Source of the DNA: Bispira polyomma
Taxonomy: Eukaryota
Assembly: GCA_965649765.1 (NCBI GenBank)
Contig: OZ287751.1
Location: forward strand, 38,130,001-38,194,000
DNA length: 64,000 bases
Reading direction: 5' to 3'
Shown piece by piece: positions 36,465 to 50,027 of this stretch. The notes under the pieces were generated by a model that was not told where the DNA came from, did not search any database, and saw only the letters and a program-made list of their open reading frames with translations. The translations under genes were made by a program, and so were the position numbers. Each line of letters opens with the position of its first letter. The stretch's first letter is position 1.

Positions 36465-36794
36465 CCCTTTTGACCCCTTTGTTGTCGGCAAGTAGACGGC
36501 AGTTGTTACTCCCAGGACCTATGTCTGTCGGCAAGCAGATCACAATTGTTACTCCCAGGACCTATGTCTGTCGGCAAGCAGTCAACACCCAAAAATAATA
36601 TTTTATTTTTCTTCAGTTCCTCACAGTAGGAAATTGTTAGTACAGCAGACTCTCCTGGTAATAATACAGGTGGTCGATATTTAATGCTGGAAGTAGTTTG
36701 TGGTATATGTTTTAATGACTTTAGCTATCTGAAACCTATTGTCAAAAAATCTCTTTCAATTCCTGCCGGTTGTTTTCTCCCAGTCACCAAAGGG
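36465..36794. mobile_element. piggyBac-like MITE
   Basis: TTAA|CCCTTT ... AAAGGG|TTAA; internal ~44-bp direct repeat. Confidence 0.65.
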
Positions 36795-37126
36795 TTAAGG
36801 TCAAACTGTAACTTTCAGAGGACGTGTCTTACTTTTAGATTGTAAACTTACCAGGAACATTGTTAGCTTGTGGTAGACTTATTTGTGTGTATTTTAAAAA
36901 ACATCTCTATTCTAATTTGAAATACTATGGGAATTTCAATTGTTTGAAGAATTGTGAATTATCTGAATTCCAATTTTCTATGGGTACATTTTAAACATTG
37001 TGTGTCTTAAAAAAAAAAAATTGAAAACTAAAATTTATTTTGTTTGCAATATTACCCCACAATTAATGCACAGTAAATTACAACTGCATGTGAATACACA
37101 ATGAATTTGTACCTTCTTTGTTTTAG

Positions 37127-37313
37127 CTGCAGAAGCAAAGGGTGAAGTATTGGAAGATATGTCACTTCATGGCTTTGTCCTTGCTATGACACAAAAAGAA
37201 AACGATGGGCAAGAACTATCATCCAAGAATGTAGAGGAAGACGAGGACAGGGTAGAACCAACATCTAAGACATCATCAGAAGTAACACAACAGATCTGGG
37301 GCGATGTCTCCAG
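37127..37313 (+). CDS. DCLRE1B: Probable Apollo coding exon 6
   Basis: ttttag|CT GCA GAA...TCC AG|gtatgt. Phase 1 in and phase 2 out bridge the two large ORFs exactly. Confidence 0.7.
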
Positions 37314-38121
37314 GTATGTGGGGATAGTAATGAAGTGGTGGACATTTACTGGCAACTGCAGTCTGTTAAAAAGCATCAAGTAGAACAAGTACGGATCAAG
37401 TCTTGGGTGTTTTCAAGTGTTAACAATGCAATGATGTTGTGTTGGCATATTTTTTAAAAACAGAAATTCATCCTGATGAACTTGCTGGTAATTGTTGCCA
37501 TTCTAGGCTTCAGAAAGAGTGGTACTTGCATTATATTACAGTGAAGTACAGTCAAACACCTTTAGGTAGAAGTCTAATAAGTGGAATTACCTGTAAAGTA
37601 GAAGTTATTTCAAAATCCCATTGTTATATCTATAATAAAATCTACCCTGTTAAGTAGAATTTCTGTTAAGTGGAACAAATTTTTGTGGTACCTTTAGATT
37701 CGACTTAAGAGGGTTCCACTGAATAGTACACTCATGTAGTGGTAACACACCCGCCTCCCACCTCTTTGGGTTTGAATTTCGGTGCTGGTGTTTATGTGGA
37801 ATATTTTTCTGTAGACTTGGTGAATGCCGGTTGGTTTACCCTGTTCTGATGTCCTCCACCATTAAGCTGCCCATTGATATATGACACTAGGGCTGCATTG
37901 GTACTGCTGGTATTGTCGTTGCAGGACCAATTTATGTGCCCACCGGCTATAAAAAGTTAATACAGGAATTTTGAAAATGCAGGCTTTTTACTGCAAATCA
38001 ATAACAAACATTATGTATTTAATCATAAAATGATTTTATGTTGGCTTTTAAAACTTTTGGAGTTTTTAGTTGTTTTTAGGCTTAACACATAAGTTGTTTT
38101 GATTTGGTTTTGCTGGTCTAA

Positions 38122-38795
38122 TGGTCTAAACACACACAGCCGCATCCACATTTTTTTCGGAATGTGATTTAAATCCCATATCGAATTTATCTTCTTTATA
38201 GCTATACTAAGACGAATAATTCAGCAGGATCATGCGCAATGAAGATGTTTTTTTTTTGTTGTAAATTTACTGGGAAAATGATGTAAATGTACATATCATC
38301 AACAATAGCCCATCAGTAGATTTAATATCTTTTTCTTATTTACCTCTTTCAAGGTATGTGCATTTTTTATTTTTGTTAAAACATAGAAATGATAAAAAAG
38401 CACACTTAAACTTGCATACTGTGTGTAAACATAGACATTTAAGATACATTACACTACCAGAAAAAAATATGTTAAACAACTGTCACTACTTTTTTTCACT
38501 GACTATTTATTTAACTGACTGTAAAAACAGTAAATTTCGACAGGCACCAATGAGCCAAAAATAAATGTAAACAAACCTGGAATCTCAAATTTCCCCCAAA
38601 ATACACTTGTTTTCAGAAATCTGCTGAATATATTTGTCCTAGATTCAGAAAAAAAATCTGTGTAAAAAAAATTTGGGTGGGATCTATAGATCCGCATCCA
38701 GATTCGGCTTAGTGTGTCCCCCTACAGTGTGCATGATGTACAACCGGATCGGTGATCCGAATGCGCATCTGGATGTGGCTGTGTATATCTTGACC
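38122..38795. mobile_element. Harbinger-like MITE family with GGATCC-rich ends
   Basis: GGTCTAAACACACACAGCCGCATC ... GATGTGGCTGTGTATATCTTGACC; relatives at 61107-61451 and 62790-63022. Confidence 0.55.
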
Positions 38796-38974
38796 TTTAT
38801 AATTCCTGTTCTTTAAGGTGCGCTCAATTTGCAGCTTTTGGGTTAATTTTGGGGCAGTATCCAGGACTACCGTCCCACCATTAAATAACATAAAACATGT
38901 TTAAAGCGATGTTAAATTTAAACTTAACTGTAAGTGTCTCTGATCTTTTACTCTTTTTCTGTTATTTTATTCAG

Positions 38975-41900
38975 ACTGAACGAACAAACTGGTACTATGG
39001 ACATACAAGATAATATTCATGCTTACATGGAATTACCAGATGAAAATCAAAACGTGACGGGTAACAAAAGTACGAGTGCCAAAGCATCGAGTGTTACACA
39101 AGAAAAGGTCACAGTTAAGCATGGTGACTGCATTAGTGACTCAGATACACATAATAACAGTGGTAATGATGTCAATAAGCCCAGTAGGGCAATTATTTAC
39201 AACTCAAATGGTAAACCAGTTCCTTCCACGACAAATGTGAGGGTGAGTATTATTGGTGCTGACATCTTATTCGGTACAGTAACACAGAATTATTCTACCA
39301 ACAAAGACACTATAGAAGAGGTAACCATTGAACCAGGGAGGTTTAATGAGGTCAATAAAGACACTATTGGAGAAGTAACCATTGAACCAGGGAGGTTTAA
39401 TGACAGTATGGAAGAAGTAACGATTGAACCAGAGAGGTTTAATGAGGTCAATAAAGACACTATGGAAGTAGTGACCAGTGAACCAGAGAGGTTTAATGAG
39501 GTCAACAAAAACACTATGAAAGAAGTAACCAGTGAACCAGAGAGGTTTAACGAGATCTACAAAGACGCTGTGGAAGAAGTAACCAGTGAACCAGAGAGGT
39601 TTAATGAGGTCAATAAAGACACCATGGAAGTAGTGACCAGTGAACCAGAGAGGTTTAATGAGGTCAACAAAGACACTAGAGGAAAAGTAACCAGTGAACC
39701 AGGGAGGTTTAATCAGTTCAACAAAGACACTAGAGGAAAAGTAACCAGTGAACCAGGGAGGTTTAATGAGGTCAACAAAAACACTATGAAAGAAGTAATC
39801 AGTGAACCAGAGAGGTTTAACGAGATCTACAAAGACACTGTGGAAGAAGTAACCAGTGAACCAGGGAGGTTTAATGAGGTCAACAAAGACACTATGGAAG
39901 TAGTAACCAGTGAACCAGGGAGGTTTAATGAGGTCAACAAAGACACTATGGAAGTAGTAACCAGTGAACTAGGGAGGTTTAACAAGGTCAACAAAGACAC
40001 TATGGAAGTAGTAACCAGTAAACAAGAGAGGTTTAATGAAATCAACGAAGTAACCAGTGAACCAGAGAGGTTTAATGAGATCAACAAAGTAACCAGTGAA
40101 CCAGAGAGGTTTAAGGAGATCCACAAAGAAACTACTATGGAAGAAGTAACCATTGAACCAGAGAGGTTTAACGAGATCTACAAAGACACTGTGGAAGAAG
40201 TAACCAGTGAACCAGAGAGGTTTAATGAGGTCAATAAAGACACCATGGAAGTAGTGACCAGTGAACCAGAGAGGTTTAATGAGGTCAACAAAGACACTAG
40301 AGGAAAAGTAACCAGTGAACCAGGGAGGTTTAATCAGTTCAACAAAGACACTAGAGGAAAAGTAACCAGTGAACCAGGGAGGTTTAATGAGGTCAACAAA
40401 GACACTATAGAAGAAGTAACAAGTGAACCAGGGAGGTTTAATGAGATCAACAAAGACACTATGGAAGTAGTAACTAGTAAACCAGAGAGGTTTAATGACA
40501 CTATGGTAGTGGTAACCAGTGAACCAGGGAGGTTTAATGACACTATAGAAGAAGTAATCAGTGAACCAGGGAGGTTTAATGATATTAACAAAGGAACCAG
40601 TAAACCAGGGAGGTTAAATGAAATTAAAAATGGAGAAGTCACAAATGTCAGTAGTGTAGAGTTTTCTGATCACACAGATGGGCAATCTGACAGGAATGTT
40701 CAGTTGATAGTTGAAAATAGAGCAGTGACATCCATGGTTGGTAAACCTTCCATATCCAGGGTTGAGAACTTCGAAAAACCATCCACACCCAAGATTGGTA
40801 GGAACAACCAATTGGTGAACCAAGAAGTAGCAGTGACTGAAGAAAAGGCCAAAGACAACAGCTGCATTGGAGATGTAACTGAGTCTATTTTTACTAAACA
40901 GTCAGCATCATGGAATAAAAGTGTGCTTGATTCAGTTTCTGATATATTTAATTTCTCTGATGAGTATGATGGCATAGCAGCATGTGAACCTCACAGTGGT
41001 TGCGGACAACATAATGACTATGGTGAAGTGCTTAAAGAATCTTCAGACAAATCAGCAGCAGAAGAAGATAGGAATGAAGAAAGGGGAGTGAGACATTCAG
41101 ATCAGAACATGCGCATGGTTGGTTTGAGTAAAGTGTATATCAGGGCCAAGTCCCTGGATAGAGAACTGACTAAAACAGGTGACGTTTTAAACAGCAGTAG
41201 TTTGACAGGTTCTGTTTTATCAAAGAGGAGTGTTAAAAATCCATCTAATGGTCAACTTTCATCAGAAAAAAGTTCATCTAACTTGGTCTTTTCCTATGAG
41301 TCAGTCAGATGTTCAGACAATGGAATAAATGTGAAAAATGTTCAGAGGCCTTTGTTTGATTGTACAGAACACCAACAGCCCAACAAGAAAGAAGAAATAG
41401 CTGAGCGAAATGTAATAAAGAAGAAAAACAAAATGGAACATAGAACAGACATACATAGATTTGGATCAAATAAATCCAAGCAAATCTCTCCGAGGGTCAA
41501 AACAAATCCCCCGTTGCAACAGTTAAAAGAGCTGCAAGTTGTTCTGGGTAGAAGTGTGGCCACATCTAAGATGACTAGATGTAATGCAGTTCCATTGAAA
41601 GTAAGTAAGTCAAGTAGAGTGTTAAGTCATGCAGGTGACAAGTATAAAAAAAAAATTGGACCTAAGTTTTACAGTGAACATGCTGCAAAGTCTCCTCCTG
41701 TGCAGGATCTCAATAAAGGTTTAAACAGTGTAGAATATGAAGCCAAAAACTTTGACATGGAGGTAGAGGTATCTCCTAGGTTAATTAGTAAAGATAGAAA
41801 AGTCACATCTGAAGTTAAAACAAGGTGTACAGAGGAGCAAGCAGAAGAGAGGACATTACTTAGTTCAGAGAAAGCAGGACCCTGTCTCTCTTTAAGTACA

Positions 41901-42722
41901 CTGAAAAGCCCAGTCACATCTGATGATCAAACAGACAAGATGGACATCAGCCTGAAGCATAAGGACTCTTTGGGTGTTTCTGCCAGCAGCTTGACTGAGG
42001 AGTTTACTCCAGCCTTGTCATTGATGGAGCCTGGTAAAGTACACCGTGATACAATTGACATCAGCAGAAAACCAATGAAACGTAGTTTTAAACAATCTAA
42101 GTTAGGTATGCAGAAGAAACAAGGCAGGAGTTCATTAGATGTAGCTGATGTCTCTTCTAGAAGTCGCAAAGCTGACTCGTTCTATGTGAAGACATTGAAG
42201 GGCTCTTGTCGTACTCCAAAAACTGTGCAATCTTGTAGTGCAAGCAATAGCTTGGGGCCTATTTGTGCAAAGGACCGCAGCATCCATGATTGGGTGAACT
42301 CGACCATTGATTGTCTTAAACCATCAAACCTGGGCAGCAACAGCAGCACATCATATTCTGCTGCTTCTGTACATTCTCCTGCACTCTCTGCAGGTGAGGA
42401 AGCTGAACTCTGGCCGTCATCCACCATTGAGCTCCTGATAAACCAAGAAGTAATGTTGTATAGGAACAGCCACGATGGTGTGACGAACAAGGTGTCGTGT
42501 AATTTATGTCCATTATCAAAGCGCCACGTAATACGAGAGGTTACTAGCCCAGGTATAGAACTTCTGGTGTTGGAGGAGTCCTTGAAATATAAGTCATATA
42601 AGGAAAAGACCTGTAACATCAGCTGTTCACCAAGTGCTTTGAGTGTTTTACCTAATCAAAAAAGGAAGTCGCTATTGCAAGGTTTTAAACCTGTATTTAA
42701 TGTGAAGCATGCCACACCTTAA
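38975..42722 (+). CDS. DCLRE1B: Probable Apollo terminal exon 7 (1248 codons, with an 18-aa repeat array)
   Basis: Strong polypyrimidine acceptor ttttattcag|A CTG AAC in phase 2; 3.7-kb uninterrupted ORF. Assignment to DCLRE1B rests on splice phase, not homology. Confidence 0.68.
39300..40625 (+). repeat. Coding 54-bp minisatellite, ~26 copies (NKDTMEVVTSEPERFNEV)
   Basis: Visible in both DNA and translation; all length variants keep the frame. Confidence 0.92.
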
Positions 42723-43669
42723 GATTGTGTTCAACATTTTTATACAGTGACCTATGCCTTAATTGGTGGTGATAGTAAAGTGCTTTTAGCCAAATAATGC
42801 ATTTTGATATACAAATAGTTCTCTTAATAATTTTTGTTGTTCAATAAGAATACTGTGCCAGTAGTTTATGTGATGTTCAATTGTTTGATCTTGCAAATTG
42901 CAATGCACTATTGTTTGGCATCATGTTAAAAATGATGTCATACTCCCATAGGTTACAGAAGGTACTAACATATTGCCACGTTCATAAAATGAATGAATGA
43001 ACATCTGTGTGTCCAATCTTTCAGATTGTGTGAACAACATCATGGCTGTATCAGACACATCCGCTTTCTTAATCGATGGTCGACAAAACATTGTCCATCC
43101 TTTCTTTATTATTTCCCTAAGTGGTGGGATCTTTTTATTATTTTCCTTTTTATAAATTTTTTATTTTGCAAAAAAAGACTTTCTACAGTACAATAATTAC
43201 ACAATACAAATATATGTAGTACAAACATAAAAACAAAGATGGCAATATACATTACATAAATAATTAGCATGGCAATTATATTGTAATATATATATTTATA
43301 TTTAGTGGCATCTTTAGAAGCCAGCTAATTTGCTTCATAAACATTGCATAATCATTTCATGATGGTTCCTGATAGTACATTATACTGTTTTGGTGCAAAG
43401 TTCGTAAAATGGTTGTACAAAGATGCATTCATTTGCGAGAAAACATGCCATGTGTTCGCTTTTTCATTGCTGATGAATTTTTATTTTATTTATTTAACTT
43501 TTTAAAAAATAATTCTGTCACTGATGTTTTGAACAGTTTAAAACATTTGTCACATCTGTGGAAATGTGTATCGAGTTAAACTTGGATGCCCTTGAGTTAA
43601 GACGTACATGGAAAGAATTAGACCAATTTGCCAAGAAAGTTGACCATGTGACCTAGGCATTTCAGTGTA

Positions 43670-43988
43670 GGTCTCTGTGGCCTAAGTGGTTAGAGTGTTT
43701 GACTTTGGATCTGATGGTCCAGGTTTTATCCTCGCTGCTGGCCTGGTGATTATATCCTTGGACAAGGTACTTTACACAAAGTTGTCCCTCTCTACCCAGG
43801 TGTATATATATAAAATGGGTACCTGGCCGCTGATGGGTGTTCGTCTTTGTGCGCCGTATGTGGCAGCACGGCTAGTATGCTTTCTAAAGGGAGCCGAGAC
43901 TGAAAAATTTGTTGGCAAGTGGAAGAACCCAGGCTGGTGGTGTAAATTGTAAAGTCGAATAATAGCTCAGTAGAGACTATAAACCTAC
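43670..43988 (+). mobile_element. SINE family B
   Basis: Similar to 30340-30668, 49704-50027 and 55162-55530. Confidence 0.75.
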
Positions 43989-45682
43989 ACACAGAGGTAC
44001 AGATAGAAATCCAATTTAGTGTAAAAGCTGACTGTACAAAATCTTCCACAAACTTGCACGATTTGTATGATGTATATATTGGACTGTTTATGTGTAAAAA
44101 TAGTTGTTTAGACGCATGTTCATATATTACAAAGCAGTTTATACCTTGTTCATTCATATGGTATGTTTTTTACTTTCAGATGTTTATATACTTTTACATT
44201 TGTGTGTGTTTGTTCTGTTTTACAGATTCTGCCTTTCTGAAATCTGTTACCTGTTATTTTTGTTGAGTTAACCTATTTTTTTGGACAATACTCTCCAGTT
44301 GGTGGTATTTGGTCCTAAAGTTTACATTTTATGAAAGAGTTCATGTAACCCATAAATGTCAAGGACACAGACAATATTTTAATATTTTATTCTCATTACA
44401 GTGTAAAATGCCAATTTATCCCAATATTGGCTAAAGTATTTGTGTAATTTAGCATGAAAAAAACAAAGCTATTCTGTCCCTGTTTAACAATTGGTGATTC
44501 TGCATCAATTAAAATGTCAAGTACACAATATTTAATTATATTATTCTCATACAGTGTATAATGCCAATTGATCCCAATGTTGGCTGAAGGAGTTATGTAA
44601 CATACAATAAAAAAAGAAGATATTCTGTCCCTGTTTAATAATTGGGGATTCTGCATCACTATAAGACCACAAATGACACTTGTAGGCTGTAGCCCAAAGG
44701 GACAGATTATTCAGTGTAGACCTTGGTCCATATCCAAAAACATTCTTTGACTGCTATTTTTGTCATTTTACTGGGAGTCTTAGCCAATAAGATTGCTACT
44801 TACAATTTTAACAGCCAATGAACTTTGTTGATACAAAATATTAAGGGACAAGGTTCTCTGTAAATTGCTCCAACCTCCGTATTCCTAACTTTGACACAAT
44901 GTTTAACTTGTCTGTTTTGGAAAGATGCACTGACATACCTACAATATTAAGAAATGTAAAGAGGTTTCTCAGTAAATAGTCTCCAGTGTAACTTTTGGCA
45001 GTAAATAGTTAAACTCGCACACACAAGCTGGTTTGTGTTATTATAACAACTAAAATTAAAATGAAATATTCGGATAATAAAGGGTCGGATAACAGGGGTT
45101 CTATTTTACTTGTAATGTAGTTTAAGTTGTACAGCAGGTAAAATTGATAAATATACTTTGTATCCTATTGGAAGTTTGCAAATATATGCACAGTAGAACC
45201 TCTGTTAACTGAACTTTTTTATTATCCAATATTGATTTGTAAGTTGTAACACATTTCCATTAAAATGCCTCTTCTATTTGATGAACCTTTTATTATTTGA
45301 ACAAAGTATTCCTCTGCCAAAATATGTTTGGATAATAGAGGTTCCACTTTAACAGGTTTAGTTAAGCTTAGTTCACCAGTTGTATTAATCAAGCATTTAG
45401 CTTTATGTAAAGAGTAGTGCAATAGGTTTGGCCATACAATTGTAAATTATTTTGAAATAATAGTACAACCTCTATGGTAAGAGTGTTGCAAAATATAACC
45501 TGAAACCCCACAAACTAGACACCTAAGTACCTTTTCTTGTATCCATAAGATGCATCCGGTGGTTACTTTCTTTTAAACATGTTTATGCTGCCGATCATAG
45601 ATAAATTTTGTTCGTTAACACATTTTTAAATTATTATTACCCTCGATATATTCAAACATCCTAGGATTTTGTACAAATTATC

Positions 45683-46055
45683 AATAAGCCAATTCAGCAT
45701 TTCGAGTGTGCATCGAGTGCGCAGGTATCGTCGGGATAAATGATAGCACGTGTGAGTGATAATGACAGAGAATCGCAAATGTCGGCAATTTTCTTCCACT
45801 TCAAATTTTAGAAATAATAAAAACAATTGATATAAAGCAATAATATAGGCAGTCTTGGTATCTAAAGAAAGGTTTCGATGATAGCTTTTTGATTATAAGT
45901 TCAGTTATTTAATAATTATACTTTATAATATTTAATTTAGGAAAATGTAAATACGTGATCTGTTTTAGTTAGATTTTATTGATTTGTTTATCTCGAACCG
46001 GAAGCATCTGCTTTTATCTTGCACATGCACACTCGAAATGCTGAATTGGCTTATT
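45683..46055. mobile_element. MITE with 31-bp perfect TIRs
   Basis: AATAAGCCAATTCAGCATTTCGAGTGTGCAT (45683-45713) and its exact reverse complement (46025-46055). Confidence 0.8.
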
Positions 46056-46101
46056 ACATTACTTTCCAAATCTCGACACAAAAGCAACATTTGTTTCATT
46101 T

Positions 46102-46106
<5 letters not shown>

Positions 46107-46139
<33 letters not shown>

Positions 46140-48340
46140 AAGACATACAAATAATACAAGATTACAATATACACAATATACATAAAACATAATGTGTGGT
46201 GAGTATTAACATCATAATAGTATCCTATCTCTTTAGTTGTTAATTTTTCCCTACTATATAAACCTGTACTTACATCTGTCGCAAAATAAATTTAACTTGT
46301 TTCTGTATTTCACTATCAACTCCTTTTAAATTGGTGCCTGAACTAACTGTAGTTTGGTAAATTTGCAATTTTCCTTTCATCATCAGTAAAAAATCAGAGA
46401 GCAGTGGTGTTTTTTCTTCAGTTCGTGATTTATTCAAAATCCATTTGCCTAGCAATAGCATAATATTTTGGATATGATTAAGTACACTCCGTTTCCCTTC
46501 CTTAATATCTATTCCAAACAAGATTTCACATACTGTGTATTCTTGTCTGTTATTTATATGTAACACCTTGTGTATCCACTTTTGTATTTCTTTCCAGAAG
46601 TTGTTACTTTGACTACAAAAATATAAATGATGATCTATTGTGTCTGTTAATCCACAGTAATTACAATTTGGTGTATTTTTTATTTTCCACTTATATAGGT
46701 TATAATTACAGTCAAGCACTCTATTTATAATTTTGTATTGGAATGTCTGTAGGTAAGGTTCCATCCCAGTTAGATGTGATAATTTAAAAATTTTGTACCA
46801 TGGGGCAGTTTCAAGAAATGGGTAGGTTTCAATCCATTTTTCCACTGATGTTGGTGCTTGCCATTTTTTGTTGATAACTGCCCAATATAGGACCTTGTTC
46901 TTTACTTTTGTCAAGTCAACTAATTTGCCCTTCACAAAAATTTTTACTTCCCTACTTTTTGTTGAACATGAAACCTGTGTGTTTTTCATTTTTTCTTTCC
47001 ATAGTTTCGGTATGGCACTTATAATCTTATTATAACTCAATGTATCTATTTTCAAACCAGACTTCTCAATAAATTTGTCTCTTTGTAATATCTGACCTTG
47101 ATAGTTTGTTATGTCTGCCAAAACTAAATTTTTTGTACGAGTTTCCAATAATTTTAGCTCTTTTGCTTGTATAGGTTTGTCTTTTATACATATATATTTA
47201 TTGTCGAATATAAATTCATTATAAATTTCATTTGTAGTGTTTGGAGGAACGGCATGAAATTCTAACCAGCAATCAATAACTTGTTTATGGAAGGGTGTTA
47301 ATCCCTTATCTCTGTAAAAGGCTGGCAGTTTATTTTTAATTTTATACTGCTGTATATTTAACAGGTACCATGTTAGGTTTTGCCATTTTCCTTGTGGATC
47401 TGATTTTGTAACTAATTTTTTAATCCATTTAATTTTTGAAGTTAAGTGTATGCCATAAATATCTGGCATTTTGAGACCGCCCCATTGAATATGTGGCAAT
47501 TATGGTACTTCTTTTAACTTTGGCTTTTTTATTGTCCCATAGAAAGTCAAATAACATCTTATCTATTTTTTGTAATACAGATGATGGGCAATAACATACT
47601 GATAGTAAGTAGTTTATTTGTGGCAAGACTAATGACTTAATTATTAAAATTTTGCCTTTCCATGACAGTTTTCGACTTCTCCAAATATTCAAGATTGTTT
47701 CCATTTTTTTCAGCTTTGTATCATAGTTAAGTGTGTGGATAATTTTAGATTTGTTGAAAACCATATTCCCAATGTTTTAAAACTGTTTTGATTGATACTG
47801 ATTTTGTCTATAGTTTTTGGTAATGTTATACTTTCAAATTTATATGTACCAACGGGAATTGCCTCGGTTTTTTCCATATTGATTTTCAGACCAGAACAGT
47901 GCTCAAATTTATGTAAAAGTGATATTAATTGAACAATGGATTCAATGTTATTTACAAATACTGTTGTATCATCAGCTAGTTGACATATTTTATATTCTCT
48001 CTTTTCTATCTTTATACCTACTATATTCTGATTATTTCTGATTTTGATTGCCATAATTTCTGCAACCAATATAAAGAGGAACGCTGATATTGGACACCCT
48101 TGTCTTATACCCCTACTTAACTCAAAGTAGTTTGAAAAATAGCCATTATTACCAACACAGGATTGTATTTTTGTATATAGTATTTTTATCCATTGCAAAA
48201 AACCTGACCCAAAGTTAAAAGATTTTAATGTTCTGAAAAGGAATGGCCATTCCACACTGTCAAAAGCTTTTTCAAAGTCAACAAGAATAATATACCCAGG
48301 TATATGTTTCAAATCTGTGAAAGACATAACATCTTCAATA
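46107..48340 (-). mobile_element. 5'-truncated L1/Tx1-group LINE (ORF2 RT + CCHC, two frameshifts, poly(A) tail)
   Basis: DFEKAFDSV, GIRQGCPISAFLF, QLADD, CNYCGLTDTIDHHLYFC across ORFs 48327-47710, 47764-47429 and 47499-46270; T28 tract at 46107-46134. Confidence 0.92.
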
Positions 48341-49703
48341 AGTTAATACTATCAGTGCCATTTAACGGTTTTTATGATTTACGTTATTTTTTTGTCTTTA
48401 ATTTATTTTCTAATCACGTTTACATGCAGAAACACTGAAATATTCTAAACTACATTCATATGCGTATAAATCTGTCTGAAATTAATTTTAAAACTTTTTT
48501 AGTCAAACATTTATTTCTGCTATAATATCGTGTTTCTGCAGAAATTTGGCCTCCTTTTAAAAAAACAAGATGGCATTCACAGACAAGTCGTTACAGATAT
48601 TGTTACCAAATGTGGTATACAGTTCGCCTATATGTTGATAGTCCTAAAAGCAAACTTTCGCCTCATTCCAAAAATCAAAATGGCCACCACAGGCAAATTA
48701 AAGATTGTCTTCCTTAACACTCTCAGAGTAAAACTATTGCAGCTAGCCTCACCAAATTTTCAGGACATATGCACTGCTATAACATCTGGCTCCCTCTGAA
48801 CTTTGGCATCATGTTGGAACACAAGATGGCAGTCGCAACAACTTCTTTAAAAATGATTTTTTTATTATTCGCAGACAAGCCGCAACTGATATGTGTAATA
48901 AATTGGGTAAACAGTGTCCTACAGTATTGCTACTGCTGAACTTACTCTTCTTCGCATCCATTTCACTTATGCTAACTATCTTCACCTATCAACCGAGCTA
49001 TTTCTCAGCTTTGTTAGACACAACAAGCATCAGCCCTCCAATGTGATTTGTCTAGTTTTATTTGGAAATTTTCTATTTTTCTACAGTCTATATATAAAAA
49101 TGTATTTTAAAAATTGTACGCAATTTGTACATGTTTACCCTACTTTAGCAAATGATATATATATCATTCGTCTTGATAATGTGCACAACTTTTAAACTTT
49201 GTGTATTTTCCTCCGATCACCTGAATTAGGCCACATAGTCATGGTAGAATGTGTTTGTTTCAGTTTAATTTGGCCAAGTATGAATTACAAATAAAATGAG
49301 CCATGGATAAAGTATTGTTTTCATTTAAGAATTATCTAAACAGTGGATAAGTTAACCAAAATTGGCAAAGAGAACATGCTTGCTCAGAATCAGTTCTTAA
49401 ATCCAGATATTTATTGAAATAATGCGACAAGGTATACAGTAATATACAATAGATTAAACACAGTTTCACAGAATCCACTAAAGGTGCACTCTTTCTGAAA
49501 AGGGTATTCATGTTTGGAACAAATAGGACTGGACCATGACCTTTTAACCTTGACCTAAATATCTTGTATGACCTATGTGTTAGTACTTGTCATTCAGGTG
49601 TTTATATTTGGTACAAATCATCAATAAAACATAAGATTTCCTTGTGACAACTTAATGCTGTAAGGTGGCAATTTTGGTCATTACTTGACCCCAGGTTGAC
49701 CTT

Positions 49704-50027
49704 GGCCTTTGTGGCCTAGTTGCTAGAGTGTTTCATTTTGGATCAGAGGGTCCCAGGTTCAATCCTTGCCGCTGGCCTGGAGATTGTATCCTTTGACAAG
49801 GTACTTTACACAAATTTGTTCCTCTCCACCCAGGTGTATAAATGGGTACCTAGCTGCTTAATTATGGGTGTTAGTCTTGACGCTGTATGTGGCAGCATGG
49901 CTAGTATGCTCCCTTAGGGAGCTGAGAGTGAACAATTGGTTGACAAGTAGAAGAAACCCAGGCTAGCAGTGTAAACTGTGAAGTCGGCTGAAGTCTCAAC
50001 AGATGTGATATAAGACTATAAACCTAC
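49704..50027 (+). mobile_element. SINE family B
   Basis: TGGCCTAGTTG A-box, GGTTCAATCC B-box, CCACCCAGGTGTATAAATGGGTACC. Confidence 0.75.

Noticed and set aside
37735-37890. Third, highly decayed tRNA-derived SINE-like sequence
   Set aside because: Single degraded copy; boundaries and family cannot be supported.
42273-42296. PIP-box-like DRSIHDWV in the Apollo tail
   Set aside because: It lacks the Q and the double aromatic residues; such a match is expected by chance in 2000 disordered residues.
33481-42619. Many minus-strand ORFs over the Apollo exons, including Leu/Ser/Val-rich repeats
   Set aside because: Antisense shadows of long coding exons and the minisatellite.
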